A stretch of DNA of 32,000 nucleotides from Methylorubrum extorquens (GCA_900234795.1 LT962688.1:5010001-5042000); one strand, 5' to 3'; counted from the first letter of the stretch, positions 8,111-17,078 are shown. Notes: generated by a model from the letters alone, not told the origin. A program made the numbers and translations.

Positions 8111-9205
8111 TCATGCACCCGAGCCGGAGCCTGCGCGCGGTTCGTGGATCGGGCAGCCGTTATGCTCGGCCCGAAAGCCGGCGGAGGCGGGGTAGGCGGC
8201 CCGGCGGGCGCGCATGATCGCGCCGAGCGGCCGGTGCGCAGCGAGCGCGTGCCAGGGATTGAAGGCGAGCCCGTCGTCGATCTGCCGCACCTTCTCCTCG
8301 CTCCAGGCGTCCTGCCGCGGCACGGTGAGGCGGGCTACGGCGAGATAGGAGCTCGCCTCCTCGGGCCAGGGCTTCGAGGCGTCCTCGACCGGCATCGTTT
8401 CCTCGTCGGTGCGCAGTTGCGCCCGCAACTCCCACATGCCCTCGTTCTCGGCAAAGAACGCGGTCACCGCCTCGCGCAGGCCGTCGGGCCGGCCGTTGAC
8501 GTTGAGGCTGGCGCCCGTCAGCGCCGTCAGTTCGGGCGAGACCGGTGCCACCGCGACCTTGGCGATGTAGGCGCCCCAGCGCAGCGGAACCTGGCTGTAG
8601 AACGTCTCGCCGAGGATGTGCGTCTCCGGATGGCCACCCATCGAGATCAGGGTCGGGCTCTGGGTGCCGAGGCCTTCGAGCACTGTTTCGACGCCGCGTA
8701 GAACCGCCGAGAACGCCTTCTTGAACACCTGCGGCGTGTCGGTGGTGGCGGCGAGAAGCTTAAGGCTCTTGAGGAAGGCCGCGTCGTCCGGCGCCGTGAA
8801 GGCGGGGGCGTTGGCCATCACGAAATCCTGGCTCGTGCCCTCGTCCCCCTCCAGGCGTTCGCCCTCGACGCCGATGATCTTCAGCGCGAGGCCGCGCGGG
8901 GTCGAGACGCTGTCGTCGAGGATGTCGCCGGGATTGGTCGAGAAGCGCAGCACAGCCTCATAGGTGCCGGGCGTCGCGAACAGGCCTTGCGCCAGTTCGG
9001 GCGGCAGACCGTCCAGGATTTCGAGGCGGCCAGTGAGCAGGCCGTGCGCCTTGGCGTGAACGCCCCGCACCGCCCGGCCGTAATCCTTGAACGTGGTCTC
9101 CTGGATCTTCGCGAAGGTCGCGAGCATCTGCGCGTGGATGTCGGCCTCGTCGGTGCGCGGCTGCTCGACGGACGGATGATAGGGAATCGGGCTCGCAGGG
9201 CTCAC
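8111..9205 (-). CDS. Catalase-related haem protein (small 'mini-catalase' family)
   Basis: Distal-His block RAVRGVHAKAHG and C-terminal RARRAAYPAS (catalase-type proximal Tyr context), about 365 aa. Start chosen at GTG 9205 (GAGG 6 nt upstream). The ORF is open to GTG 9238. Confidence 0.7.
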   Translation of the reverse strand: MSPASPIPYHPSVEQPRTDEADIHAQMLATFAKIQETTFKDYGRAVRGVHAKAHGLLTGRLEILDGLPPELAQGLFATPGTYEAVLRFSTNPGDILDDSVSTPRGLALKIIGVEGERLEGDEGTSQDFVMANAPAFTAPDDAAFLKSLKLLAATTDTPQVFKKAFSAVLRGVETVLEGLGTQSPTLISMGGHPETHILGETFYSQVPLRWGAYIAKVAVAPVSPELTALTGASLNVNGRPDGLREAVTAFFAENEGMWELRAQLRTDEETMPVEDASKPWPEEASSYLAVARLTVPRQDAWSEEKVRQIDDGLAFNPWHALAAHRPLGAIMRARRAAYPASAGFRAEHNGCPIHEPRAGSGSGA

Positions 9206-9256
9206 GTCCGGCCTCGTGGTGGATCTGCCGGCCCGCACAGGGCCGATCTGGAACCA

Positions 9257-9281
9257 AACGAAGGTCGGTCGCGGCCGTTCA
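9257..9281 (-). promoter_or_regulatory. Near-consensus sigma-EcfG-type promoter (TGAAC-N16-CGTT on the minus strand)
   Basis: Plus strand reads AACG (9257..9260), 16 nt, then GTTCA (9277..9281). It lies in the 54-nt gap between the BatD-like stop and the catalase-like gene. One mismatch. Confidence 0.3.
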
Positions 9282-9292
9282 GCGCCGCTCGG

Positions 9293-10609
9293 TCACGCTT
9301 GCGCGACCGGGCCGTCGAGGGGAGCCAGCCGGGGGGCGGGCGCCAGCGCTGCGGAGGTGCCGCGTCTCCGGCGCCGGCCGAGCCGCCGAGCGAGGCCGGG
9401 CAGATCGACGGAACCCGCGCCGGACGCGGCAGGGCCGAAGACCTGCCGGTCGAGGGCGGCGAGGTCGCGGGCCAGATCCGGCTCCGCCTGCCAGAGCGCG
9501 GCAAGATCCGGCTGCGCCTGCGCGGCTCGCCCGAGCACCGTCCGGAACGCCGACGCGTCGCCTGAGGCCGCCGCTAGCCGCAGGGCACGAGCCTGACCGC
9601 GGTCGAGTTGCAGCCAGCCCGGGCCGGTGCGGAAGCCGATCAATGCCAGCCCGAGGCCGAAGGCGGCGAGCGCCGCCGCGGCCAGCGCCGACCACGCGGC
9701 GGGCCCCGCGTCCTTGAGATCTTCCGCCCGGTCGGCGAGGCCGCCGCCGATCTGGCGGGCGGGAATCTCGGTCTCGCGCAGAGTGCGCGTGAGCGTGTCG
9801 AACCAGGGGATCTTGATCGCGTCGAGCGGGATCACCTCGGCCACGCCCTTCTTGATGTCCCACTGGTAGGTCGCCCGCGCCACCGGGCCGGAGGGCGTGA
9901 TGATCGTCTCGCGCTTCACCGGGCCGGCAAAGGTAATGATGCCGCGGGTGCGCATCACGGGGCGGGGCGGCAGCCCCTCGGCGAGCATACCCTGCGCCTC
10001 CAGCGTCACGATCCGGCGCGCGGTCTCGCCCTGGTTCAGCGTCTCCGGGTCGGGGTCCCAGGAATCGGTGATCGCCACGTCCCGCGCCGGCAGCCACCAC
10101 GGTTCCGCCGTATCAGGGCCGCCGCTCGCGCCAGTCCAGGCCGCCACGGGGAAGGGGACGGGCTCGGAGCGCACGTCGATCTGCTTGCGCTCGCCGTTGT
10201 CGTTGATCGTCAGGCGGTGGACGAACGGCTCAATGGTGAAGGTCCCCGTATGTTGGGGGAAGACCGCGATCGTGCGCTCGAATTCCAGCGCCATCTGCCC
10301 GTCGGGCATGCGCGTGCGGCCCCAGTTGTCGCGGCCGAGCTGGGTCCAGGAGAAATTGACGAGGGCGGGCTGGCGCACCTCCTCCAGGAGGATCTGCGTG
10401 CGGTAGACCCCGCGCAGGCGCAGCAGCACCATCTCGCGGGCATAGGGCTGTGCGCCGCCGGGGAGATCGGGCGTCACGGTGAGGGTGAGGTCGCCGGGCT
10501 CGATGGCGTGGGCCGGGGCGGCGAAGGCCAGCAGCACGAGGAGGGCCGCCAGCGTTCCCTTCGGCCCTCTGCGGGAGAGGATGGCCCGCTTCATTAAGTC
10601 GAAAAACAT
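9293..10609 (-). CDS. BatD-like protein (last gene of the Bat/MoxR operon)
   Basis: Signal-peptide-like N-terminus (TLAALLVLLAFAAPAHA) and a C-proximal TM (AAWSALAAAALAAFGLGLALIGF). ATG 10609 overlaps the upstream TAA as TAATG. The call rests on position after the VWA-VWA-TPR genes. Confidence 0.65.
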   Translation of the reverse strand: MFFDLMKRAILSRRGPKGTLAALLVLLAFAAPAHAIEPGDLTLTVTPDLPGGAQPYAREMVLLRLRGVYRTQILLEEVRQPALVNFSWTQLGRDNWGRTRMPDGQMALEFERTIAVFPQHTGTFTIEPFVHRLTINDNGERKQIDVRSEPVPFPVAAWTGASGGPDTAEPWWLPARDVAITDSWDPDPETLNQGETARRIVTLEAQGMLAEGLPPRPVMRTRGIITFAGPVKRETIITPSGPVARATYQWDIKKGVAEVIPLDAIKIPWFDTLTRTLRETEIPARQIGGGLADRAEDLKDAGPAAWSALAAAALAAFGLGLALIGFRTGPGWLQLDRGQARALRLAAASGDASAFRTVLGRAAQAQPDLAALWQAEPDLARDLAALDRQVFGPAASGAGSVDLPGLARRLGRRRRRGTSAALAPAPRLAPLDGPVAQA

Positions 10610-11547
10610 TACCACGGGTTGCTGCCTCCCGGGATGGCGGTGCCGGCCTCGATGCGGCGGGCCTGCTCGGCCTTGAGGCGCAGCTTCAGGTAGCGGCCGG
10701 GTTCGTCCGGTAGGGTCTGGAGCCAGAGCCGGTCGGGGTGGATCTCGTGCGCCTCGAAACTCTTGGTCACCCGGCGTGCCTCGCGCTCGGGCGCGGCGGC
10801 GACCATGGCCGAGCCGGCGCCCTGGCGTCCGCGGCCGGCCGCGTCGCTGGCCGAGCCGCGGGCCTGCCCCTTGCCGGAATCGACCGCCTGCTGCTCGGCC
10901 TTGCCGCGGCGCGCCACCGGGCTCGTGCCCGGCAGCGAGGCGGAGGAGCCGCCCTCCTTGTTGCCGGCCAGACCCTCGCCGCTGGCGGTAGCGCGGATGT
11001 CGTCGTTCTGGTCCTGGTTGGCGGTGTTGTTGTAGCGGGCACCGTACTGCGCCGAGGCGTTGGCGATGCCGCCGCCCTTGCCGCGATCGATCTCCTCTTC
11101 CAGGGCCTTGGCGATCAGCGAGCGGTTGGCCTGCGCGTCGGCGTCGCGCGGGTTGTAGGTCAGCGCCTCGTCGTAGGCCTCGAGCGCGCCTTGCAGATCG
11201 CCGGAGCGGGCGAGCGCGTTGCCGAGGTTGTAGGCGCCGCGCTTGCCCTGCGCCCGGAACAGCGGAATCGCCTCACCGTAGCGCCCAGCCTCGTAGAGGG
11301 CGGCGGCGCGCCATGCGGGGGTGTCGAACACGTGAAGGGCCGCGCCGGGTAGACCGGCCGCCATGAGGAAGCGGCCCAGCGTCGTGCGCGGCTCCGACAC
11401 GAGCAGCAATCCGAGCAGGCCGCCGCCCGCGAGGGCAAGCCCCGCGATGCGCGCGAGCCGCCGCCAGTGGCGCGGGAAGGCGACGGGCAGCATCCGCCGC
11501 AGCGGCGCCGGCCGGGTGAAGGGGCGGGGCGAAAAGGACGCCAGCAT
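10609..11547 (-). CDS. TPR-repeat membrane protein (BatC/BatE-like)
   Basis: ATG 11547 overlaps the upstream TGA as TGATG. N-terminal TM, then TPR-like AALYEAGRYGEAIPLF...NLGNALARSGDLQGALEAYDEALTYNPRDADAQAN. The remainder of track ORF 10609..12588 overlaps the VWA gene out of frame. Confidence 0.7.
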   Translation of the reverse strand: MLASFSPRPFTRPAPLRRMLPVAFPRHWRRLARIAGLALAGGGLLGLLLVSEPRTTLGRFLMAAGLPGAALHVFDTPAWRAAALYEAGRYGEAIPLFRAQGKRGAYNLGNALARSGDLQGALEAYDEALTYNPRDADAQANRSLIAKALEEEIDRGKGGGIANASAQYGARYNNTANQDQNDDIRATASGEGLAGNKEGGSSASLPGTSPVARRGKAEQQAVDSGKGQARGSASDAAGRGRQGAGSAMVAAAPEREARRVTKSFEAHEIHPDRLWLQTLPDEPGRYLKLRLKAEQARRIEAGTAIPGGSNPW

Positions 11548-12470
11548 CACGCGCTCCGTCGGAATAGGAGGAGGGCGGGCAGAAGCGCCAGCAGCAGCAG
11601 CCAGCGGCCGAGATCGGCGAAGGCGAGTACGCCGTAGCCGTTCGCGGCGAGGTGCTGGGCGGTCGAGGCGCCGACACGCTCGAGCACCGCCTCGGAGGCA
11701 TCGATGTCGGCGGCCCGGCCGCCGCCCGTGCCGGCGAGCCGGTCGAGGGCGGTCCGGTCGGGGCGCGGCGCGCCGGGTGGCAGGGCCTTGCCCGCGGGCA
11801 CGAACAGGGCGTGGAGCTGCCAGCCCTTCTCCCGGATCGCGGCGGCCTCGCGCTCGGCGGCCTGGCCGATCCCGTCGCCATCGGAGATCAGCACGACGTC
11901 GGCGGCGACGACGTTGGCCTCGGCCAGCGTCCGGCGGGCCAGGGCCAGCCCGCGCTCCGGGTGGCTGCCCCGGTCGGGCACGGTGTCGGCATCGAGCGCG
12001 AACAGGGTGGTGGCGAGGCTCTCGCGGTCGTTGGTCGGCGAGAGCGCGGTGTAGGCGTCGCCCGCGTAGACGATCAGCGCCAGCGAGCGGGTGCCCGCGG
12101 CCTCCCCCACCGCTTCCGCCGCCTGCCGCGCCTCCTTGAAGCGCCCGCCCTCGGTGACCGAGCGGGAGAGGTCGAGCACGATCACCGTGGCGTCGAGGTT
12201 GCGGAAGGTCGAGGCCTCCGGGCGCTCGACCGCCGGGCCGGTGAGCGCCAGCGCCAGGATGCCGGCGGCCAGAGCGGCGGCGAGGTTGGCCTGCCGCCGG
12301 CCGCCCAGCACCGCGCCGCGGCGGGCGGCCAGCGCCATCAGGTGCGGATCGGCCGCCTTGTTCCAGTCGCCGAGCGGCGCCGAGCGCCATGCCGCCCGCA
12401 GCGCAAGCAGAGCCACGACGGGAATCGCCAGGAACCAGAGCGGGCGCAGGAGGGTGAGGGATTCGATCAT
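11547..12470 (-). CDS. VWA-domain protein (BatB-like)
   Basis: N-terminal TM (LWFLAIPVVALLAL) and a MIDAS-type VIVLDLSRSV with an Asp/Ser/Thr pattern. Confidence 0.8.
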   Translation of the reverse strand: MIESLTLLRPLWFLAIPVVALLALRAAWRSAPLGDWNKAADPHLMALAARRGAVLGGRRQANLAAALAAGILALALTGPAVERPEASTFRNLDATVIVLDLSRSVTEGGRFKEARQAAEAVGEAAGTRSLALIVYAGDAYTALSPTNDRESLATTLFALDADTVPDRGSHPERGLALARRTLAEANVVAADVVLISDGDGIGQAAEREAAAIREKGWQLHALFVPAGKALPPGAPRPDRTALDRLAGTGGGRAADIDASEAVLERVGASTAQHLAANGYGVLAFADLGRWLLLLALLPALLLFRRSA

Positions 12471-12481
12471 GCGATTCCCGC

Positions 12482-13501
12482 TCAGATCCGGCGCCGCGTC
12501 GCCAGCAGACCGCAGGCGCAGAGGAAGGCGAGCGCCGCCGGCCAGGGCCAGAGATCGCGCCGCAGGGGCAGCGGCGGCGCCTTGGCACGCCCGCCCTCCA
12601 ATTCGTCGATGGCGTTGGCCACGTTCTCCAGGTCGTCGGTCGTCTTCACGCGGAACGCCCGGCCACCGCTGGTCTCGGCCATGGCCCGCAGGGTCTCGAC
12701 ATCGACCACGTCCTGCTCGTTGTTGGGGTTGTCGGCCATGTCGATCGGCCCGAGCGCGATGGTGTAGACGCGCACGCCGAGATCTTTTGCCAGCGCCGCC
12801 ACGTCCTTGGGTGCGGTCTGGCCGGCATTGTTGGCCCCGTCCGAGAGCAGCACCACGACCTTGTCGCGGGCAGGGGGCGGCCCTTCGCCGTCGGCCGCCG
12901 CGACCTGGGCCGGGGCGAGGCGCTTGAGCGCGAGGCCGAGCCCGTCGCCGATGCCGGTGGAGCGCCCGACGAGGCCGATGGTCGCCTCCTCCAGGGTGCG
13001 GGCCACGGTGGCGGTGTCGAAGGTGGGGGCTGCGGCGACGTAGGCCTGATCGGCGAACTCGACGAGGCCGATGCGGTCGCCGGCCCGGCGGCGGATGAAC
13101 TCGGCGCCGACGCGCTTCACGGCTGCGAGCCGGCTGACCGTTTCGCCGTCCAGCGAGAAGTCCTTGCGCTCCATGCTGCCCGAGAGGTCGAGGGCGAGCA
13201 CGATCTCACGGGCCGAGGCCGGCAGCGCGGTCGCGGGCAGGACGAGGCGGGGGCCGGCCAGCGCGACCACGAGAGCCGCCCAGAGCGTTCCGACGAGCCA
13301 GAGGCGGCGCCGGCCACGGGCAGCGATGCTCTCGGCGTGCTCGGCGCCGCCGACGAGGGAGGGGGGAACGCGCAAGGCACCGCTGCCGCCCTGGCGCTCC
13401 GGCGGGATCAGCCGGGCGGCGAGCGGCAGGGGCAGGAGCAGCAGGGCGAGCGGCGCCGCGAAGTCGAAGGCCGAGGCGAGGGCCGTGATCCAGGTGGGCA
13501 T
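12482..13501 (-). CDS. VWA-domain protein (BatA-like)
   Basis: N-terminal TM, MIDAS LALDLSGSM, LLSDGANNAG, and a C-terminal TM (PWPAALAFLCACGLLA). Confidence 0.85.
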   Translation of the reverse strand: MPTWITALASAFDFAAPLALLLLPLPLAARLIPPERQGGSGALRVPPSLVGGAEHAESIAARGRRRLWLVGTLWAALVVALAGPRLVLPATALPASAREIVLALDLSGSMERKDFSLDGETVSRLAAVKRVGAEFIRRRAGDRIGLVEFADQAYVAAAPTFDTATVARTLEEATIGLVGRSTGIGDGLGLALKRLAPAQVAAADGEGPPPARDKVVVLLSDGANNAGQTAPKDVAALAKDLGVRVYTIALGPIDMADNPNNEQDVVDVETLRAMAETSGGRAFRVKTTDDLENVANAIDELEGGRAKAPPLPLRRDLWPWPAALAFLCACGLLATRRRI

Positions 13502-13506
13502 TCGGA

Positions 13507-13968
13507 TCAGGCCCGGATCTGTGAGAGCAAGCGGCCGAGGCCGGCATCGATGGCGGCGGGATCGATGGTCTTCGGGCGCCGGTAGAGATCGTCGGCGAAG
13601 ACGCGGCCCGGCCCGGAGCGGAAGAAGTCGGTGGCGAAGGTGGTGTCGAGCGTCGCCGCCCAGGCCGTGCCGCTTGTGCCGGCCGCCGCTTCACCCTTCA
13701 GCGTGCGCACTACGCGCCGCAGCAGCCGGGCCTGCGCGACGCGCCGGGCCTCCGGCTCGAGGCTTTGGGCCAAGGCCAACTCGCGCAGGGCCGACCGGCG
13801 GACCGACGCGCCGCGCCGCGCCCGGACGAGGCGGATCAGGCCGACGAGCAGCGCGAGGCTGAAGCCGAGGGCCAGGGCGGCCACCATTTCCGGCTGCACC
13901 GCGCTGTTGCCGCCGGTGGGGAGATGGAGCCCGCGCAGGGTCGAGAGGTCGGGAGCGGGGGTGGTCAT
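13507..13968 (-). CDS. Small single-TM protein (DUF4381-like position in Bat operons)
   Basis: ATG 13968 preceded by GGAAGGTG. One TM (MVAALALGFSLALLVGLI). It occupies the conserved slot between the DUF58 and VWA genes. Confidence 0.55.
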   Translation of the reverse strand: MTTPAPDLSTLRGLHLPTGGNSAVQPEMVAALALGFSLALLVGLIRLVRARRGASVRRSALRELALAQSLEPEARRVAQARLLRRVVRTLKGEAAAGTSGTAWAATLDTTFATDFFRSGPGRVFADDLYRRPKTIDPAAIDAGLGRLLSQIRA

Positions 13969-13992
13969 TTCTGCACCTTCCGTCGCGCATCC

Positions 13993-14123
13993 CCTCGCCC
14001 CGCACGCGGGGAGAGAGCTCTGTCGACCTTGTCGTCGGCAGAGCGAGCCGGCAGGCGAGGGTGAGGGGACGCCACCGAACGAGCCTCTTCCTGAACCGCC
14101 CCTGCTCCCCGGATGCGGGGAGC
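13993..14123. repeat. GC-hairpin (REP/MITE-like) repeat element in the DUF58-DUF4381 intergenic gap
   Basis: Hairpin CCTCGCCCCGC-acg-CGGGGAGAG (13993..14015) and hairpin GCTCCCCG-gatg-CGGGGAGC (14104..14123). The 23 nt at 13993..14015 are the exact reverse complement of 28426..28448. Confidence 0.65.
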
Positions 14124-14142
14124 GCGGGATTGGCTCCGGATC

Positions 14143-15072
14143 TCACAACACCGCATCGAGCCGCTCCATCAGCGGGGCGTAGCTCTCCGGCCCGGCCTCG
14201 ACGTCGATGCGCAGACCCTCGACCCCGCAGGCATGGAGGCGCGCGAGGCGCGGGTCGATCGCATCGGCGGGCTGGGCCCTGCGGTCGGCCTGGACGGTAC
14301 CGCGCTGCCCGCCCGGCAGGGCGTAGGGGTAGAGGCCGGCCGGGCGCGCCCGCTCGAAGGCGTCGCTGACCAGCAGCAGGCGGATCGAGAGCCGCTCGGC
14401 GAGCGCCGTGATCAGGCTCTCGAAATCCGGCCCCGGCGCGTCGAGGGCACTCGCCACGACGAGGTGTCCGCCCGAGGGCAGGAGCGAGCGGGCGAGCGCT
14501 AGCGTATCGGTGAGCGGCGGGTCGTCCACCGCCGGGCCGGCGAGGGCTTCGGCGTGGGCGTGGGCCAGCGCGCCGGTGACGGCGGTCATCGCCCGCTCGC
14601 CGCCGGCCGGGCGGATCACCGCGGGCTCGCCCGCGCCCGCCGCGATCAGGCCGATGCGCCCGCCATCGCCGACGATGCGCCAGCCGAGCAGCGTCAGCGC
14701 CTCCGCCGCCGCCACCGAACGCAGCGCCCGGCGGGTGCCGAACAGCATCGAGGGCCGGAAATCGGCGAGCAGCACCACGGCGCGGTCGCGCTCGTCGTGA
14801 TGGGTGCGCACGTGCACTTGGCCGGTGCGGGCGGTGGCGTTGCGGTCGATGAAGCGGCGGTCGTCCCCCTCGGACCAGGGCCGCACGTCGTCCGGCTCCG
14901 AGCCGCGCCCGCGCTTGCGCGTGACGATGCCGCCGGGCAACCCGGCGATGGTGCGGGTCGCGGGCGAGACGCCGCGCCGCGCGAGATGGCGCAGGCTCAT
15001 GAGTCCGGCCCCCGACAGGTGGATGCCGGGGGCGTCGGTCGGGTCGCTTGCGGGGGCCGCCGTCGCGGTCAT
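14143..15072 (-). CDS. DUF58-family protein (VWA-like partner of MoxR)
   Basis: ATG 15072 lies 5 nt after the MoxR stop. Block DVRPWSEGDDRRFIDRNATARTGQVHVR...VVLLADFRPSM is typical of DUF58. Confidence 0.8.
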   Translation of the reverse strand: MTATAAPASDPTDAPGIHLSGAGLMSLRHLARRGVSPATRTIAGLPGGIVTRKRGRGSEPDDVRPWSEGDDRRFIDRNATARTGQVHVRTHHDERDRAVVLLADFRPSMLFGTRRALRSVAAAEALTLLGWRIVGDGGRIGLIAAGAGEPAVIRPAGGERAMTAVTGALAHAHAEALAGPAVDDPPLTDTLALARSLLPSGGHLVVASALDAPGPDFESLITALAERLSIRLLLVSDAFERARPAGLYPYALPGGQRGTVQADRRAQPADAIDPRLARLHACGVEGLRIDVEAGPESYAPLMERLDAVL

Positions 15073-15077
15073 GACGG

Positions 15078-16070
15078 CTATAGCGCCCGCGTCCGCTCGA
15101 CCAACCCGCCGATGATGCCCCGCGTGGTGCGTCCCTCGGCCGCCGCGCGCCAGGTCAGACCGATGCGGTGCGCGAGGGCGTCGGCGGCCAACTCCGAAAT
15201 GTCTTCGGGCACGACGTGGTCGCGGCCGTGCAGGTAGGCGCGGGCCTTGCCGGCGACCATCAGCGCCAGTGTCCCGCGGGGCGAGGCCGGGTGCTCGATC
15301 GCCGCGCGCAGCTCCGGCGCGACGCTGTCGCCGCGGGTGCCGGCCACGAGCCGCACGAGATAGTCCTTGAGGGCCGGCGAGACGTAGGTGGCGAGCGCGG
15401 CCTCGCGGGCGGCGATCACCTCGGCGACCGAGAGCTTCACCGGCATCGCCTCGGCGTGGTGGTTCAGTTCGCCCTCGACGAGATCGAGGATGCGGCGCTC
15501 GGAGGCCTCGTCCGGCATCTCGACGACGACGTGGAGCAGGAAGCGGTCGAGCTGCGCCTCGGGCAGCGGAAAGGTGCCCGCATGCTCGATCGGGTTCTGC
15601 GTCGCCACCACCATGAACGGGTCGGGCAGGCGGTGGGTGTGGCCCGACACCGTGATCTGCCCCTCGGCCATGGATTCCAGCAGAGCCGACTGCACCTTGG
15701 GCGGCGCGCGGTTCACTTCGTCCACGAGAATCAGCGAGTGGAACAGCGGTCCCGGCAGGAACTCGAAGGTGCCTGCATCCTGGCGCCAGACGGTGGTGCC
15801 GGTGAGGTCGGCGGGCATCAGGTCGGGCGTGCACTGCACGCGGGCGAAGGAGCCGTCGAGCCCGTCCGACAGGCGCTTGACCGCGCGGGTCTTGGCGAGC
15901 CCCGGCGCGCCCTCGATCAGCAGGTGGCCGCCGGTCAGCAGCCCGATCAGCAGGCGCTCGACCAACTTGTCGGCGCCGATCAGCCCGTGGCTCAGCCCGT
16001 CGCGAAGCTGCAGGATGCGATCGCGGACGGGTGCTGCCGCCGCGGGCCGGGCGAGTGCCTCGACGCTCAT
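15078..16070 (-). CDS. MoxR-family AAA+ ATPase
   Basis: Walker A GHLLIEGAPGLAKT, Walker B ILVDEVNRAPPKVQSALLE, and VVATQNPIE. Confidence 0.92.
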   Translation of the reverse strand: MSVEALARPAAAAPVRDRILQLRDGLSHGLIGADKLVERLLIGLLTGGHLLIEGAPGLAKTRAVKRLSDGLDGSFARVQCTPDLMPADLTGTTVWRQDAGTFEFLPGPLFHSLILVDEVNRAPPKVQSALLESMAEGQITVSGHTHRLPDPFMVVATQNPIEHAGTFPLPEAQLDRFLLHVVVEMPDEASERRILDLVEGELNHHAEAMPVKLSVAEVIAAREAALATYVSPALKDYLVRLVAGTRGDSVAPELRAAIEHPASPRGTLALMVAGKARAYLHGRDHVVPEDISELAADALAHRIGLTWRAAAEGRTTRGIIGGLVERTRAL

Positions 16071-16361
16071 GCGAGCGCCTCTGTCAGCGCCGTCGCCAGT
16101 CGAGCCTCGGCCCTCGTCGCAGGAGAAAGATCCTGCAGCATGCGCGTCTCCTCAGCGTGGGTTTTTCTTAAGGCTCCCACAATCCTGCCGGTGTGCCCGC
16201 TGCCCGGTCGCCGCGTCAATCCCGCGCCGTGCCCCTGGCCACGGGCAAATTGACCGCACGCGACCGGCTGCGCGCGGATCGCTGACGTTTCGTCACGCAA
16301 CCGTCACGCTCGTGCGACAGCGGGGAAACCGCGCGACACCGAAAAGGTCCCCGAACGGTCC

Positions 16362-17078
16362 ATGCCCGGCCCCTTTCCCTTCCCCACGCCCGAAGCCGTG
16401 AATTCCGGCATCAGCCTCGCGGTCGCGTTCGGCCTCGGCACCCTGATCGGGGTCGAGCGGCAGTACCGGCAGCGCAGCGCGGGCTTGCGCACCGCCGTGC
16501 TGGTGGCACTCGGCGCCGCCGCCTTCGTCGATCTCGGCATGCGGTTGACCGGCGCGGAGGGGGCGACCCGTATCGTCGCCTATGTCGTCTCCGGCATCGG
16601 CTTTCTCGGCGCGGGCGTCATCATGAAGGAGGGGATGAACGTGCGCGGCCTCAACACCGCCGCGACCCTCTGGTGCGCGGCGGCCGCGGGCGCCTTCTCC
16701 GGGGCCGACCTTCCGCTGGAAGCCTGCTTCGTCACCATTGCGGTCCTTGCCGGCAACACGCTGCTGCGCCCGTTGGTGAACCTCATCGACCGCATCCCCA
16801 TCGACGAGAGCGCGACGGAGGCGACCTACGCGGTGCAGGTGACGGTGCCGGCCGAGACCGCCGGCCTCGCCCGCGACCTGCTGGTCGAGCGCTTGGAGGC
16901 GGCGGATTACCCCGTCGGCACGACGGAGGTGGAGGAACGCGGCGAGACCACCGTCGACGTCATCGCCACGCTCACCGCCACGACGGTCCACGCCAAGGAT
17001 CTCGACGCCGTGGTGGCCGATCTGGAAAAGCGGCCGGAGGTGCGCCACGCGACGTGGTCGGTGCAGACGGGGGATTGA
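16362..17078 (+). CDS. mgtC: MgtC/SapB-family membrane protein
   Basis: LAVAFGLGTLIGVERQYRQRSAGLRT and GIGFLGAGVIMKEG motifs, plus a soluble ACT-like C-terminal domain. Confidence 0.85.
   Translation: MPGPFPFPTPEAVNSGISLAVAFGLGTLIGVERQYRQRSAGLRTAVLVALGAAAFVDLGMRLTGAEGATRIVAYVVSGIGFLGAGVIMKEGMNVRGLNTAATLWCAAAAGAFSGADLPLEACFVTIAVLAGNTLLRPLVNLIDRIPIDESATEATYAVQVTVPAETAGLARDLLVERLEAADYPVGTTEVEERGETTVDVIATLTATTVHAKDLDAVVADLEKRPEVRHATWSVQTGD

Noticed and set aside
11548-12588. Upstream part of track ORF 10609..12588 (659 aa)
   Set aside because: It is out of frame with the VWA gene at 11547..12470 and Arg/Pro/Gly-rich. The TPR protein starts at ATG 11547, giving a TGATG junction.
13965-14156. 63-aa ORF in the DUF58-DUF4381 gap (...ALSPRAGRGDARRKV...)
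   Set aside because: It is a translation of the GC-hairpin repeat element. The same peptide flavour (SPRxRGEG) appears wherever the repeat occurs.
15073-15834. Upstream part of track ORF 14143..15834
   Set aside because: It overlaps the MoxR ATPase gene in another frame. The DUF58 protein starts at ATG 15072.
16071-16361. Possible Mg2+ riboswitch or leader upstream of mgtC
   Set aside because: I could not recognise M-box-like conserved segments, and the leader is short. Only the palindrome and direct repeats are reported, as a separate finding.
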